A DNA stretch of 64,000 bases. It comes from Eledone cirrhosa (taxonomy: Eukaryota). Under the pieces are notes generated by a model. It made no database searches. It worked only from the letters and a program-made list of their open reading frames with translations, and was not told the DNA's origin. Location of the stretch: the NCBI GenBank assembly GCA_964016885.1, contig OZ024744.1:126046001-126110000 (forward strand), in the 5' to 3' direction. Positions within the stretch are counted from its first letter, which is position 1; every line of letters starts with the position of its first letter. A program made the position numbers and the translations under genes. Below, piece after piece: positions 9,199-24,017 of this stretch.

Positions 9199-12100
9199 AC
9201 ATTCGCCGCCGGACTTCAGCTTCCTCATTTAGCATGGGCAGTTTTTCTTGAAAATCACACCACACACAGCAAATGTGTGTCCGCACATGTACCAGTAATT
9301 ACAGATCGATTCCGGTGAAAATTCACTGAAAACGGGCCATCCGGCCCTGTGCGTCGATCGTGGGCCGGCCGGATGTTGACGGATCGATGTGTAATTAGAA
9401 GTACATGTGCGGACACTCATTGGCTGTGCGTGGTATGCATTTCAGCAAGATATCTCCGTAACATCAAGAGTTGTGGCTGTGGAGGCACACCTAGTCAAAC
9501 GTAAACAAGGTCTGGAGCGTTTACGCTTCGCGATTTTGTTTACGTTTGACTAGGTGTGCCTCCACAGCCATAACTCTTGATGTTACGGAGATATCTTGCT
9601 GAAATGCATACCGCGCACAGCCAATGAGTGTCCGCACATGTACTTCTAATTACACATCGATCCGTCAACATCCGGCCGGCCCACGATCGACGCACAGGGC
9701 CGGATGGCCCGTTTTCAGTGAATTTTCACCGGAATCGATCTGTAATTACTGGTACATGTGCGGAGACACATTTGCTGTGTGTGGTGTGATTTTCAAGAAA
9801 AACTGCCCATGCTAAATGAGGAAGCTGAAGTCCGCCGGCGAATGGTGTGCTTCGAAGAAAACTAATTCGAAAATGACCGTTTGCAGGCGGAGTAACCTTT
9901 TCGATCGTGGGCCAGCCGCCCGTGGTGGGATCCATCTGTAATTACTGGTACATGTGCGGACATACATTTGCTGTGTGTGGTGTGATTTTCAAGAAGAACT
10001 GCCCATGCTAAATGAGGAAGCTGAAGTCCGCCGGCGAATGGTGTGCTTCGAAGAAAACTAATTCGAAAATGACCGTTTGCAGGCGGGGTAACCTTTTCGA
10101 TCGTGGGCCAGCCGCCCGTGGTGGGATCCATCTGTAATTACTGGTACATGTGCGGACACACATTTGCTGTGTGTGGTGTGATTTTCGAGAAAGACTGCCC
10201 ATGCTAAATGAGGAAGCTGAAGTCCGCCGGCGAATGGTGTGCTTCGAAGAAAACTAATTCGAAAATGACTATTTGCCGGCGGAATCACCTTTTCGGTCCT
10301 GGTCCGGCCGGATCTTGCCGGATCGATCGGAAATTTGTGGACCATGTTCGGAAGGCCATTGTGCATGTGTGGTGAAAAAAATTTGTGTCGAAATCTTCTC
10401 GGAAAATAACGGATCGCCGGCGGAGATTGCCATTTCGATCGTGGGCCGGCCGGATCTTGTCGGATCGATTCGGACATATGTGCATCGTGTTCGCAAGGCC
10501 CTTGTCTATGTGTGGTGTGATTTTCATAAAGAAATTCCGAAAAACCCAGTTTTAAATCTGATTTCGCCAAAGAATTTTGGCTATCAGATCGGGTTGAAAG
10601 GTATGGTTTCAGGTCGATCTGAAAGTCTAAAATGGAATTCACTCGGTTAGCTAACTATTGATATATCGGAGATATCTTTCTGAAAATCACACCACACACT
10701 CCCAATGAGTGTCTGCACATGTACCAGTAATTACAGATGGATCCCACCACGGGCGGCCGGCCCACGATCGAAAAGGTTACTCCGAAGCACACCATTCGCC
10801 GGCGGAATTCATTTAGCATGGGCAGTTTTTCTCGAAAATCACACCACACACAGCCAATGAGTGTCCGCACATGTACCAGTAATTACAGATGGATCCCACC
10901 ACGGGCGGCTGGCCCACGATCGAAAAGGTTACTCCGCCTGCAAACGGTCATTTTCGAATTCGTTTTCTTCGAAGCACACGATTCGCCGGCGGACTTCAGC
11001 TGCCTCATTTAGCATGGGCAGTTTTTCTCGAAAATCACACCACACACAGCAAATGTGTGTCCGCACATGTACCAGTAATTACAGATCGATTCCGGTGAAA
11101 ATTCACTGAAAACGGGCCATTCGGCCCTGTGCGTCGATCGTGGGCCGGCCGGATGTTGACGGATCGATGTGTAATTAGAAGTACATGTGCGGACACTCAT
11201 TGGCTGTGCGTGGTATGCATTTCAGCAAGATATCTCCGTAACATCAAGAGTTATGGCTGTGGAGGCACACCTAGTCAAACGTAAACAAGCTCTGGAGCGT
11301 ATACGCTTCGCGATTTTGTTTACGTTTGACTAGGTGTGCCTCCACAGCCACAACTCTTGATGTTACGGAGATATCTTGCTGAAATGCATACCACGCACAG
11401 CCAATGAGTGTCCGCACATGTACTTCTAATTACACATCGATCCGTCAACATCCGGCCGGCCCACGATCGACGCACAGGGCCGGATGGCCCGTTTTCAGTG
11501 AATTTTCACCGGAATCGATCTGTAATTACTGGTACATGTGCGGACACACATTTGCTGTGTGTGGTGTGATTTTCACGAAAAACTGCCCATGCTAAATGAG
11601 GAAGCTGAAGTCCGCCGGCGAATGGTGTGCTTCGAAGAAAACTAATTCGAAAATGACCGTTTGCAGGCGGAGTAACCTTTTCGATCGTGGGCCAGCCGCC
11701 CGTGGTGGGATACATCTGTAATTACTGGTACATGTGCGGACACACATTTGCTGTGTGTGGTGTGATTTTCGAGAAAGACTGCCCATGCTAAATGAGGAAG
11801 CTGAAGTCCGCCGGCGAATGGTGTGCTTCGAAGAAAACTAATTCGAAAATGACTATTTGCCGGCGGAATCACCTTTTCGGTCCTGGTCCGGCCGGATCTT
11901 GCCGGATCGATCGGAAATTTGTGGACCATGTTCGGAAGGCCATTGTGCATGTGTGGTGAAAAAAATTTGTGTCGAAATCTTCTCGGAAAATAACGGATCG
12001 CCGGCGGAGATTGCCATTTCGATCGTGGGCCGGCCGGATCTTGTCGGATCGATTCGGACATATGTGCATCGTGTTCGCAAGGCCCTTGTCTATGTGTGGT

Positions 12101-15100
12101 GTGATTTTCATAAAGAAATTCCGAAAAACCCAGTTTTAAATCTGATTTCGCCAAAGAATTTTGGCTATCAGATCGGGTTGAAAGGTATGGTTTCAGGTCG
12201 ATCTGAAAGTCTAAAATGGAATTCACTCGGTTAGCTAACTATTGATATATCGGAGATATCTTTCTGAAAATCACACCACACACTCCCAATGAGTGTCTGC
12301 ACATGTACCAGTAATTACAGATGGATCCCACCACGGGCGGCCGGCCCACGATCGAAAAGGTTACTCCGAAGCACACCATTCGCCGGCGGAATTCATTTAG
12401 CATGGGCAGTTTTTCTCGAAAATCACACCACACACAGCCAATGAGTGTCCGCACATGTACCAGTAATTACAGATGGATCCCACCACGGGCGGCTGGCCCA
12501 CGATCGAAAAGGTTACTCCGCCTGCAAACGGTCATTTTCGAATTCGTTTTCTTCGAAGCACACGATTCGCCGGCGGACTTCAGCTGCCTCATTTAGCATG
12601 GGCAGTTTTTCTCGAAAATCACACCACACACAGCAAATGTGTGTCCGCACATGTACCAGTAATTACAGATCGATTCCGGTGAAAATTCACTGAAAACGGG
12701 CCATTCGGCCCTGTGCGTCGATCGTGGGCCGGCCGGATGTTGACGGATCGATGTGTAATTAGAAGTACATGTGCGGACACTCATTGGCTGTGCGTGGTAT
12801 GCATTTCAGCAAGATATCTCCGTAACATCAAGAGTTATGGCTGTGGAGGCACACCTAGTCAAACGTAAACAAGCTCTGGAGCGTATACGCTTCGCGATTT
12901 TGTTTACGTTTGACTAGGTGTGCCTCCACAGCCACAACTCTTGATGTTACGGAGATATCTTGCTGAAATGCATACCACGCACAGCCAATGAGTGTCCGCA
13001 CATGTACTTCTAATTACACATCGATCCGTCAACATCCGGCCGGCCCACGATCGACGCACAGGGCCGGATGGCCCGTTTTCAGTGAATTTTCACCGGAATC
13101 GATCTGTAATTACTGGTACATGTGCGGACACACATTTGCTGTGTGTGGTGTGATTTTCACGAAAAACTGCCCATGCTAAATGAGGAAGCTGAAGTCCGCC
13201 GGCGAATGGTGTGCTTCGAAGAAAACTAATTCGAAAATGACCGTTTGCAGGCGGGGTAACCTTTTCGATCGTGGGCCAGCCGCCCGTGGTGGGATACATC
13301 TGTAATTACTGGTACATGTGCGGACACACATTTGCTGTGTGTGGTGTGATTTTCGAGAAAGACTGCCCATGCTAAATGAGGAAGCTGAAGTCCGCCGGCG
13401 AATGGTGTGCTTCGAAGAAAACTAATTCGAAAATGACTATTTGCCGGCGGAATCACCTTTTCGGTCCTGGTCCGGCCGGATCTTGCCGGATCGTTCGGAA
13501 ATTTGTGGACCATGTTCGGAAGGCCATTGTGCATGTGTGGTGAAAAAAATTTGTGTCGAAATCTTCTCGGAAAATAACGGATCGCCGGCGGAGATTGCCA
13601 TTTCGATCGTGGGCCGGCCGGATCTTGTCGGATCGATTCGGACATATGTGCATCGTGTTCGCAAGGCCCTTGTCTATGTGTGGTGTGATTTTCATAAAGA
13701 AATTCCGAAAAACCCAGTTTTAAATCTGATTTCGCCAAAGAATTTTGGCTATCAGATCGGGTTGAAAGGTATGGTTTCAGGTCGATCTGAAAGTCTAAAA
13801 TGGAATTCACTCGGTTAGCTAACTATTGATATATCGGAGATATCTTTCTGAAAATCACACCACACACTCCCAATGAGTGTCTGCACATGTACCAGTAATT
13901 ACAGATGGATCCCACCACGGGCGGCCGGCCCACGATTGAAAAGGTTACTCCGAAGCACACCATTCGCCGGCGGAATTCATTTAGCATGGGCAGTGTTTCT
14001 CGAAAATCACACCACACACAGCCAATGAGTGTCCGCACATGTACCAGTAATTACAGATGGATCCCACCACGGGCGGCTGGCCCACGATCGAAAAGGTTAC
14101 TCCGCCTGCAAACGGTCATTTTCGAATTCGTTTTCTTCGAAGCACACGATTCGCCGGCGGACTTCAGCTGCCTCATTTAGCATGGGCAGTTTTTCTCGAA
14201 AATCACACCACACACAGCAAATGTGTGTCCGCACATGTACCAGTAATTACAGATCGATTCCGGTGAAAATTCACTGAAAACGGGCCATTCGGCCCTGTGC
14301 GTCGATCGTGGGCCGGCCGGATGTTGACGGATCGATGTGTAATTAGAAGTACATGTGCGGACACTCATTGGCTGTGCGTGGTATGCATTTCAGCAAGATA
14401 TCTCCGTAACATCAAGAGTTATGGCTGTGGAGGCACACCTAGTCAAACGTAAACAAGCTCTGGAGCGTATACGCTTCGCGATTTTGTTTACGTTTGACTA
14501 GGTGTGCCTCCACAGCCACAACTCTTGATGTTACAGAGATATCTTGCTGAAATGCATACCACGCACAGCCAATGAGTGTCCGCACATGTACTTCTAATTA
14601 CACATCGATCCGTCAACATCCGGCCGGCCCACGATCGACGCACAGGGCCGGATGGCCCGTTTGCAGTGAATTTTCACGGGAATCGATCTGTAATTACTGG
14701 TACATGTGCGGACACACATTTGCTGTGTGTGGTGTGATTTTCACGAAAAACTGCCCATGCTAAATGACGAAGCTGAAGTCCGCCGGCGAATGGTGTGCTT
14801 CGAAGAAAACTAATTCGAAAATGACCGTTTGCAGGCGGAGTAACCTTTTCGATCGTGGGCCAGCCGCCCGTGGTGGGATCCATCTGTAATTACTGGTACA
14901 TGTGCGGACATACATTTGCTGTGTGTGGTGTGATTTTCAAGAAGAACTGCCCATGCTAAATGAGGAAGCTGAAGTCCGCCGGCGAATGGTGTGCTTCGAA
15001 GAAAACTAATTCGAAAATGACCGTTTGCAGGCGGGGTAACCTTTTCGATCGTGGGCCAGCCGCCCGTGGTGGGATCCATCTGTAATTACTGGTACATGTG

Positions 15101-18100
15101 CGGACACACATTTGCTGTGTGTGGTGTGATTTTCGAGAAAGACTGCCCATGCTAAATGAGGAAGCTGAAGTCCGCCGGCGAATGGTGTGCTTCGAAGAAA
15201 ACTAATTCGAAAATGACTATTTGCCGGCGGAATCACCTTTTCGGTCCTGGTCCGGCCGGATCTTGCCGGATCGATCGGAAATTTGTGGACCATGTTCGGA
15301 AGGCCATTGTGCATGTGTGGTGAAAAAAATTTGTGTCGAAATCTTCTCGGAAAATAACGGATCGCCGGCGGAGATTGCCATTTCGATCGTGGGCCGGCCG
15401 GATCTTGTCGGATCGATTCGGACATATGTGCATCGTGTTCGCAAGGCCCTTGTCTATGTGTGGTGTGATTTTCATAAAGAAATTCCGAAAAACCCAGTTT
15501 TAAATCTGATTTCGCCAAAGAATTTTGGCTATCAGATCGGGTTGAAAGGTATGGTTTCAGGTCGATCTGAAAGTCTAAAATGGAATTCACTCGGTTAGCT
15601 AACTATTGATATATCGGAGATATCTTTCTGAAAATCACACCACACACTCCCAATGAGTGTCTGCACATGTACCAGTAATTACAGATGGATCCCACCACGG
15701 GCGGCCGGCCCACGATCGAAAAGGTTACTCCGAAGCACACCATTCGCCGGCGGAATTCATTTAGCATGGGCAGTTTTTCTCGAAAATCACACCACACACA
15801 GCCAATGAGTGTCCGCACATGTACCAGTAATTACAGATGGATCCCACCACGGGCGGCTGGCCCACGATCGAAAAGGTTACTCCGCCTGCAAACGGTCATT
15901 TTCGAATTCGTTTTCTTCGAAGCACACGATTCGCCGGCGGACTTCAGCTGCCTCATTTAGCATGGGCAGTTTTTCTCGAAAATCACACCACACACAGCAA
16001 ATGTGTGTCCGCACATGTACCAGTAATTACAGATCGATTCCGGTGAAAATTCACTGAAAACGGGCCATTCGGCCCTGTGCGTCGATCGTGGGCCGGCCGG
16101 ATGTTGACGGATCGATGTGTAATTAGAAGTACATGTGCGGACACTCATTGGCTGTGCGTGGTATGCATTTCAGCAAGATATCTCCGTAACATCAAGAGTT
16201 ATGGCTGTGGAGGCACACCTAGTCAAACGTAAACAAGCTCTGGAGCGTATACGCTTCGCGATTTTGTTTACGTTTGACTAGGTGTGCCTCCACAGCCACA
16301 ACTCTTGATGTTACAGAGATATCTTGCTGAAATGCATACCACGCACAGCCAATGAGTGTCCGCACATGTACTTCTAATTACACATCGATCCGTCAACATC
16401 CGGCCGGCCCACGATCGACGCACAGGGCCGGATGGCCCGTTTGCAGTGAATTTTCACGGGAATCGATCTGTAATTACTGGTACATGTGCGGACACACATT
16501 TGCTGTGTGTGGTGTGATTTTCACGAAAAACTGCCCATGCTAAATGACGAAGCTGAAGTCCGCCGGCGAATGGTGTGCTTCGAAGAAAACTAATTCGAAA
16601 ATGACCGTTTGCAGGCGGAGTAACCTTTTCGATCGTGGGCCAGCCGCCCGTGGTGGGATCCATCTGTAATTACTGGTACATGTGCGGACATACATTTGCT
16701 GTGTGTGGTGTGATTTTCAAGAAGAACTGCCCATGCTAAATGAGGAAGCTGAAGTCCGCCGGCGAATGGTGTGCTTCGAAGAAAACTAATTCGAAAATGA
16801 CCGTTTGCAGGCGGGGTAACCTTTTCGATCGTGGGCCAGCCGCCCGTGGTGGGATCCATCTGTAATTACTGGTACATGTGCGGACACACATTTGCTGTGT
16901 GTGGTGTGATTTTCGAGAAAGACTGCCCATGCTAAATGAGGAAGCTGAAGTCCGCCGGCGAATGGTGTGCTTCGAAGAAAACTAATTCGAAAATGACTAT
17001 TTGCCGGCGGAATCACCTTTTCGGTCCTGGTCCGGCCGGATCTTGCCGGATCGATCGGAAATTTGTGGACCATGTTCGGAAGGCCATTGTGCATGTGTGG
17101 TGAAAAAAATTTGTGTCGAAATCTTCTCGGAAAATAACGGATCGCCGGCGGAGATTGCCATTTCGATCGTGGGCCGGCCGGATCTTGTCGGATCGATTCG
17201 GACATATGTGCATCGTGTTCGCAAGGCCCTTGTCTATGTGTGGTGTGATTTTCATAAAGAAATTCCGAAAAACCCAGTTTTAAATCTGATTTCGCCAAAG
17301 AATTTTGGCTATCAGATCGGGTTGAAAGGTATGGTTTCAGGTCGATCTGAAAGTCTAAAATGGAATTCACTCGGTTAGCTAACTATTGATATATCGGAGA
17401 TATCTTTCTGAAAATCACACCACACACTCCCAATGAGTGTCTGCACATGTACCAGTAATTACAGATGGATCCCACCACGGGCGGCCGGCCCACGATCGAA
17501 AAGGTTACTCAGAAGCACACCATTCGCCGGCGGAATTCATTTAGCATGGGCAGTTTTTCTCGAAAATCACACCACACACAGCCAATGAGTGTCCGCACAT
17601 GTACCAGTAATTACAGATGGATCCCACCACGGGCGGCTGGCCCACGATCGAAAAGGTTACTCCGCCTGCAAACGGTCATTTTCGAATTCGTTTTCTTCGA
17701 AGCACACGATTCGCCGGCGGACTTCAGCTGCCTCATTTAGCATGGGCAGTTTTTCTCGAAAATCACACCACACACAGCAAATGTGTGTCCGCACATGTAC
17801 CAGTAATTACAGATCGATTCCGGTGAAAATTCACTGAAAACGGGCCATTCGGCCCTGTGCGTCGATCGTGGGCCGGCCGGATGTTGACGGATCGATGTGT
17901 AATTAGAAGTACATGTGCGGACACTCATTGGCTGTGCGTGGTATGCATTTCAGCAAGATATCTCCGTAACATCAAGAGTTATGGCTGTGGAGGCACACCT
18001 TTGTCAAACGTAAACAAGCTCTGGAGCGTATACGCTTCGCGATTTTGTTTACGTTTGACTAGGTGTGCCTCCACAGCCACAACTCTTGATGTTACGGAGA

Positions 18101-20955
18101 TATCTTGCTGAAATGCATACCACGCACGGCCAATGAGTGTCCGCACATGTACTTCTAATTACACATCGATCCGTCAACATCCGGCCGGCCCACGATCGAC
18201 GCACAGGGCCGGATGGCCCGTTTTCAGTGAATTTTCACCGGAATCGATCTGTAATTACTGGTACATGTGCGGACACACATTTGCTGTGTGTGGTGTGATT
18301 TTCACGAAAAACTGCCCATGCTAAATGAGGAAGCTGAAGTCCGCCGGCGAATGGTGTGCTTCGAAGAAAACTAATTCGAAAATGACCGTTTGCAGGCGGA
18401 GTAACCTTTTCGATCGTGGGCCAGCCGCCCGTGGTGGGATACATCTGTAATTACTGGTACATGTGCGGACACACATTTGCTGTGTGTGGTGTGATTTTCG
18501 AGAAAGACTGCCCATGCTAAATGAGGAAGCTGAAGTCCGCCGGCGAATGGTGTGCTTCGAAGAAAACTAATTCGAAAATGACTATTTGCCGGCGGAATCA
18601 CCTTTTCGGTCCTGGTCCGGCCGGATCTTGCCGGATCGATCGGAAATTTGTGGACCATGTTCGGAAGGCCATTGTGCATGTGTGGTGAAAAAAATTTGTG
18701 TCGAAATCTTCTCGGAAAATAACGGATCGCCGGCGGAGATTGCCATTTCGATCGTGGGCCGGCCGGATCTTGTCGGATCGATTCGGATATATGTGCATCG
18801 TGTTCGCAAGGCCCTTGTCTATGTGTGGTGTGATTTTCATAAAGAAATTCCGAAAAACCCAGTTTTAAATCTGATTTCGCCAAAGAATTTTGGCTATCAG
18901 ATCGGGTTGAAAGGTATGGTTTCAGGTCGATCTGAAAGTCTAAAATGGAATACACTCGGTTAGCTAACTTTTGATATATCGGAGATATCTTTCTGAAAAT
19001 CACACCACACACTCCCAATGAGTGTCTGCACATGTACCAGTAATTACAGATGGATCCCACCACGGGCGGCCGGCCCACGATCGAAAAGGTTACTCCGAAG
19101 CACACCATTCGCCGGCGGAATTCATTTAGCATGGGCAGTTTTTCTCGAAAATCACACCACACACAGCCAATGAGTGTCCGCACATGTACCAGTAATTACA
19201 GATGGATCCCACCACGGGCGGCTGGCCCACGATCGAAAAGGTTACTCCGCCTGCAAACGGTCATTTTCGAATTAGTTTTCTTCGAAGCACACCATTCGCC
19301 GGCGGACTTCAGCTTCCTCATTTAGCATGGGCAGTTTTTCTCGAAAATCACACCACACACAGCAAATGTGTGTCCGCACATGTACCAGTAATTACAGATC
19401 GATTCCGGTGAAAATTCACTGAAAACGGGCCATTCTGCCCTGTGCGTCGATCGTGGGCCGGCCGGATGTTGACGGATCGATGTGTAATTAGAAGTACATG
19501 TGCGGACACTCATTGGCTGTGCGTGGTATGCATTTCAGCAAGATATCTCCGTAACATCAAGAGTTATGGCTGTGGAGGCACACCTAGTCAAACGTAAACA
19601 AGCTCTGGAGCGTATACGCTTCGCGATTTTGTTTACGTTTGACTAGGTGTGCCTCCACAGCCACAACTCTTGATGTTACGGAGATATCTTGCTGAAATGC
19701 ATACCACGCACAGCCAATGAGTGTCCGCACATGTACTTCTAATTACACATCGATCCGTCAACATCCGGCCGGCCCACGATCGACGCACAGGGCCGGATGG
19801 CCCGTTTTCAGTGAATTTTCACCGGAATCGATCTGTAATTACTGGTACATGTGCGGACACACATTTGCTGTGTGTGGTGTGATTTTCACGAAAAACTGCC
19901 CATGCTAAATGAGGAAGCTGAAGTCCGCCGGCGAATGGTGTGCTTCGAAGAAAACTAATTCGAAAATGACCGTTTGCAGGCGGAGTAACCTTTTCGATCG
20001 TGGGCCAGCCGCCCGTGGTGGGATACATCTGTAATTACTGGTACATGTGCGGACACACATTTGCTGTGTGTGGTGTGATTTTCGAGAAAGACTGCCCATG
20101 CTAAATGAGGAAGCTGAAGTCCGCCGGCGAATGGTGTGCTTCGAAGAAAACTAATTCGAAAATGACTATTTGCCGGCGGAATCACCTTTTCGGTCCTGGT
20201 CCGGCCGGATCTTGCCGGATCGATCGGAAATTTGTGGACCATGTTCGGAAGGCCATTGTGCATGTGTGGTGAAAAAAATTTGTGTCGAAATCTTCTCGGA
20301 AAATAACGGATCGCCGGCGGAGATTGCCATTTCGATCGTGGGCCGGCCGGATCTTGTCGGATCGATTCGGACATATGTGCATCGTGTTCGCAAGGCCCTT
20401 GTCTATGTGTGGTGTGATTTTCATAAAGAAATTCCGAAAAACCCAGTTTTAAATCTGATTTCGCCAAAGAATTTTGGCTATCAGATCGGGTTGAAAGGTA
20501 TGGTTTCAGGTCGATCTGAAAGTCTAAAATGGAATTCACTCGGTTAGCTAACTATTGATATATCGGAGATATCTTTCTGAAAATCACACCACACACTCCC
20601 AATCAGTGTCTGCACATGTACCAGTAATTACAGATGGATCCCACCACGGGCGGCCGGCCCACGATCGAAAAGGTTACTCCGAAGCACACCATTCGCCGGC
20701 GGAATTCATTTAGCATGGGCAGTTTTTCTCGAAAATCACACCACACACAGCCAATGAGTGTCCGCACATGTACCAGTAATTACAGATGGATCCCACCACG
20801 GGCGGCTGGCCCACGATCGAAAAGGTTACTCCGCCTGCAAACGGTCATTTTCGAATTCGTTTTCTTCGAAGCACACGATTCGCCGGCGGACTTCAGCTGC
20901 CTCATTTAGCATGGGCAGTTTTTCTCGAAAATCACACCACACACAGCCAATGAGT
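9199..20955. repeat. Tandem array of long palindromic (foldback) units, 1584 or 1780 bp, containing 196-bp subrepeats
   Basis: Palindrome apices (CACCTAGTCAAACGTAAACAA, ~27-nt spacer, TTGTTTACGTTTGACTAGGTG) at ~9521, 11301, 12885, 14469, 16249, 18030 and 19614. The ORF track shows mirror-image ORFs on opposite strands. Confidence 0.95.
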
Positions 20956-20994
20956 TTAAAATACTCACCGTTTGATTTGGAAAAACTTAAAATG

Positions 20995-21026
20995 CTCACA
21001 TATATATGTGTATGTATTTATCTATG

Positions 21027-21074
<48 letters not shown>

Positions 21075-21645
21075 TGTATTTATCTATGTATTTATCTATA
21101 TGCATGGATATATATATATATATATATATTTATCTATGTATTTATCTATATGCATGGATATATATATATATATATATGTATTTATCTATGCATGTATGAA
21201 TATATAAAATATATATATATATATATGTGTGTATGTATTTATCTATGCATGTATGAATATATAAAATATATATATATATATATATGTATGTATTTATCTA
21301 TGCATGTATATATATATAAATATATACATAAATATATATATATATATATGTATTTATCTATGCATGTGTGCATACATATATATATATATATGTATTTATC
21401 TATACATGTATGTATATATATATATATACATATATAAGTATTTATCTATACATGTATGTATATATATATATACATATATATGTATTTATCTATACATGTA
21501 TGTATATATATATATATATATATGTATATAAGTATTTATCTATACATGTATGTATATATATATATATGTATATATGTATTTATCTATACATGTATGTATA
21601 TATATATATATATATATGTATATAAGTATTTATCTATACATGTAT

Positions 21646-21678
<33 letters not shown>

Positions 21679-21710
21679 AGTATTTATCTATACATGTATG
21701 TATATATAAA
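20995..21710. repeat. AT-rich minisatellite (GTATTTATCTATRCATGTATG + (TA)n)
   Basis: Direct reading. Confidence 0.9.
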
Positions 21711-21779
21711 ATATTGTCATGTTTACAAAAATATTTTTCTAATATCGTGTTTAATATTTTATATTGTCGTCTGCTTCTC

Positions 21780-22190
21780 TTCTCACGTGGTTACTTACTC
21801 TCTCACCCTCTCTCTCTTTCCCCTCTCATACAACCCCTTCTTTCTCTTTCTTTCCCCTCTCACACAACCTCTTCTTTCTCTCTCTTTTTGCCAGTCCCTT
21901 CTCTCACTCTCTCTCCCTCTTCCTTTTTTATCTCTTTCTTTCTGTCTCTGTTTCCCTCCTATAGACATTCTCTCTCTCTCTTTCTGCTCTCACTCAGCCT
22001 TCTCTCTCTCTCTCTCTCTTTCCCCTCTCACACAGTCTTCTCTCTCTCTCTTTCCCCTCTCACACAGCATTCTCTCTCTCTCTCTCTTTCCCCTCTCACA
22101 CAGCATTCTCTCTCTCTCTCTCTCTCTCTCTCTTTATTTCCCCTCTCACACAGCCTTCTCTCTCTATCTATCTATCTCTCTCTCTGGAGA
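21780..22190. repeat. CT-rich tract with TCTTTCCCCTCTCACACAGC minisatellite
   Basis: Direct reading. Confidence 0.85.
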
Positions 22191-23179
22191 TTTTTTAACA
22201 CAAAGTCACACAAGGATTAGAAAAATGGCGATAATCACTTTGAAAGTAACAATTATGCAATAAATAGTTGTTATTGCCACGTCTCGTATCCTCCTTTGGC
22301 AATGTGTAAAATGTTAGCGAGATCGAGTGAACAATACACAAGTTATAATACTTTACAGACGGGACTTATACAGTAGATGTAGCAAAATGCGTAGATTACG
22401 ATTCTTGAGACGAGATTAAAATATACGATTATGGGATACTTTAAGAAGACGAGTAGATGTTTGAGTAGATTTAGCTGCTTTTTCTAGCATTTTTAGTTAT
22501 ACTTTGAAGCACATTTTTTTTGTTACTATTATATTAAAAGTTATCTGGTTACGTTATTTGACTGGTATTTCTAGCATTTTACAAGGACCACGTGTGTGTT
22601 TTATTTAAGGAAGATCTAGTTGTTATTTCTGATATTTTCTTCATCAAGTTAGTTGCTATTTCCTGCATCCTCTTGAAGACAAGAAATAATAATGAATTAG
22701 CTGCTGTTTCTAGTAGGTTCTATGGTAGTGATGAGCGTGGGAGGGGGGTTTGACTGCTATTTTTAGCAGGTTCTAAGGCATTGAGGTTTATGTTTTACGA
22801 GAGATTTGGCTGTTATTTCTAACATGTTATAATGGAGAGAGAGAGAGAGTATAAGATATACAGAGAGAGGGAGTATAAGATATAGAGAGAGGGGAAACGG
22901 CCGATGTTTACGTTGAGAAAACCTAATAAAATGTTATAAATGGGTTTATAAAGAATAGAATGAGATAAACAAGACAAAGTTAGATAAAATAAATCAGCTG
23001 TAAGGATATTATACGATATATTTATAATATTTTAATATATTTTTCCTGGTCGTCTGCTGCCATTGATAGAGAGAGGAGTGGTGGGAGGTAGCCATAACAA
23101 CCGTGGTAGCAGCACTGAGGTTTGTTTTTAAAGAAGTGAATACAAGAAAAACAAGCAACTAAGAATATTAATCTCTTAA

Positions 23180-23788
23180 ACCCTTCAAGATGTGTATGAC
23201 AAGAAAGAAGACGTTTTAGAGTCGTATGACATAGATGATAACTGGAAATTCTTACGTGACAACTTACTGCAGGCTACTGAAGAAACTTGTGGCTGGAGCA
23301 GAGCTCCGACCAGACAGAGAGTGACCTGGTGGTGGGACAACACGGTAGATAAGGCCATTAGAGACAAAAGACTAGCATGGAACACTTGAAAAAATGGTGG
23401 GAGTAGAGACCGATACACAGCTGCTAAGAGAGAAGCTAGACGTCAGATGTACTTAGCACGCACGGAGGCTGAGAGTAGGAGGTTTGCCAATGTTCTGTGA
23501 TGGGAAGATCAGAGGCGTGCGGTGTTCCACATTGCAAGGCATGGTGTCAGTGTAAATCAGGATGTTGTTGGAGATAAGTGTATCCGGAATGATGCCAGTG
23601 TACTTGGTGTCACGAATGATCAAAAAAAGGAGGCCTGGAAATATCATTATGAGAGGCTGATGAATTGTGGAGAATGAATGGGAGAGAGGGAAACTATCCC
23701 CAGTAGACTCAACAGAGGGACCAGCTATTGAGATTGGGGAATATAGGGTACAAGAGGCAATTAAGGAAATGAAGAATGGCAAGGCTAC
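23180..23788 (+). mobile_element. Degenerate RTE-clade LINE fragment (endonuclease-RT linker)
   Basis: WKFLRDNLLQATEETCGW..TWWWDNTVDKAI and ENEWER..EGPAIEI..VQEAIKEMKNGKA, interrupted by stops. Confidence 0.8.
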
Positions 23789-23789
23789 A

Positions 23790-24017
23790 TTTAACCCTTT
23801 AGCATTTAAACCAGCCATACCTAGCCAGAATACTCTCACATCTTTCTGTTCAAACCAGCCATAACTGGCCACTCATACTGACGTTAAGGTATTGTTCTCA
23901 ATATAAATAATATCAAAATCTCATAGATTCGATATTATATGAGATAATTATGTAAGATAAAGCCTTTACCACAAAAATACAATAGTATATATAGAGTAGT
24001 AAAAATGCTAAAGGGTA
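23790..24017. mobile_element. piggyBac-like MITE (~225 bp); second copy at ~27,858-28,085
   Basis: TTAACCCTTTAGCATTT ... AAATGCTAAAGGGTAA terminal inverted repeats with TTAA-like flanks. Confidence 0.7.

Noticed and set aside
9229-20909. Recurrent 63-270 aa ORFs in the palindrome array
   Set aside because: The same peptides appear on both strands because of the inverted repeats. No transposase or other motif is recognisable.
20972-22263. YI/SL-rich ORFs (also 33,341-34,846)
   Set aside because: Microsatellite translations.
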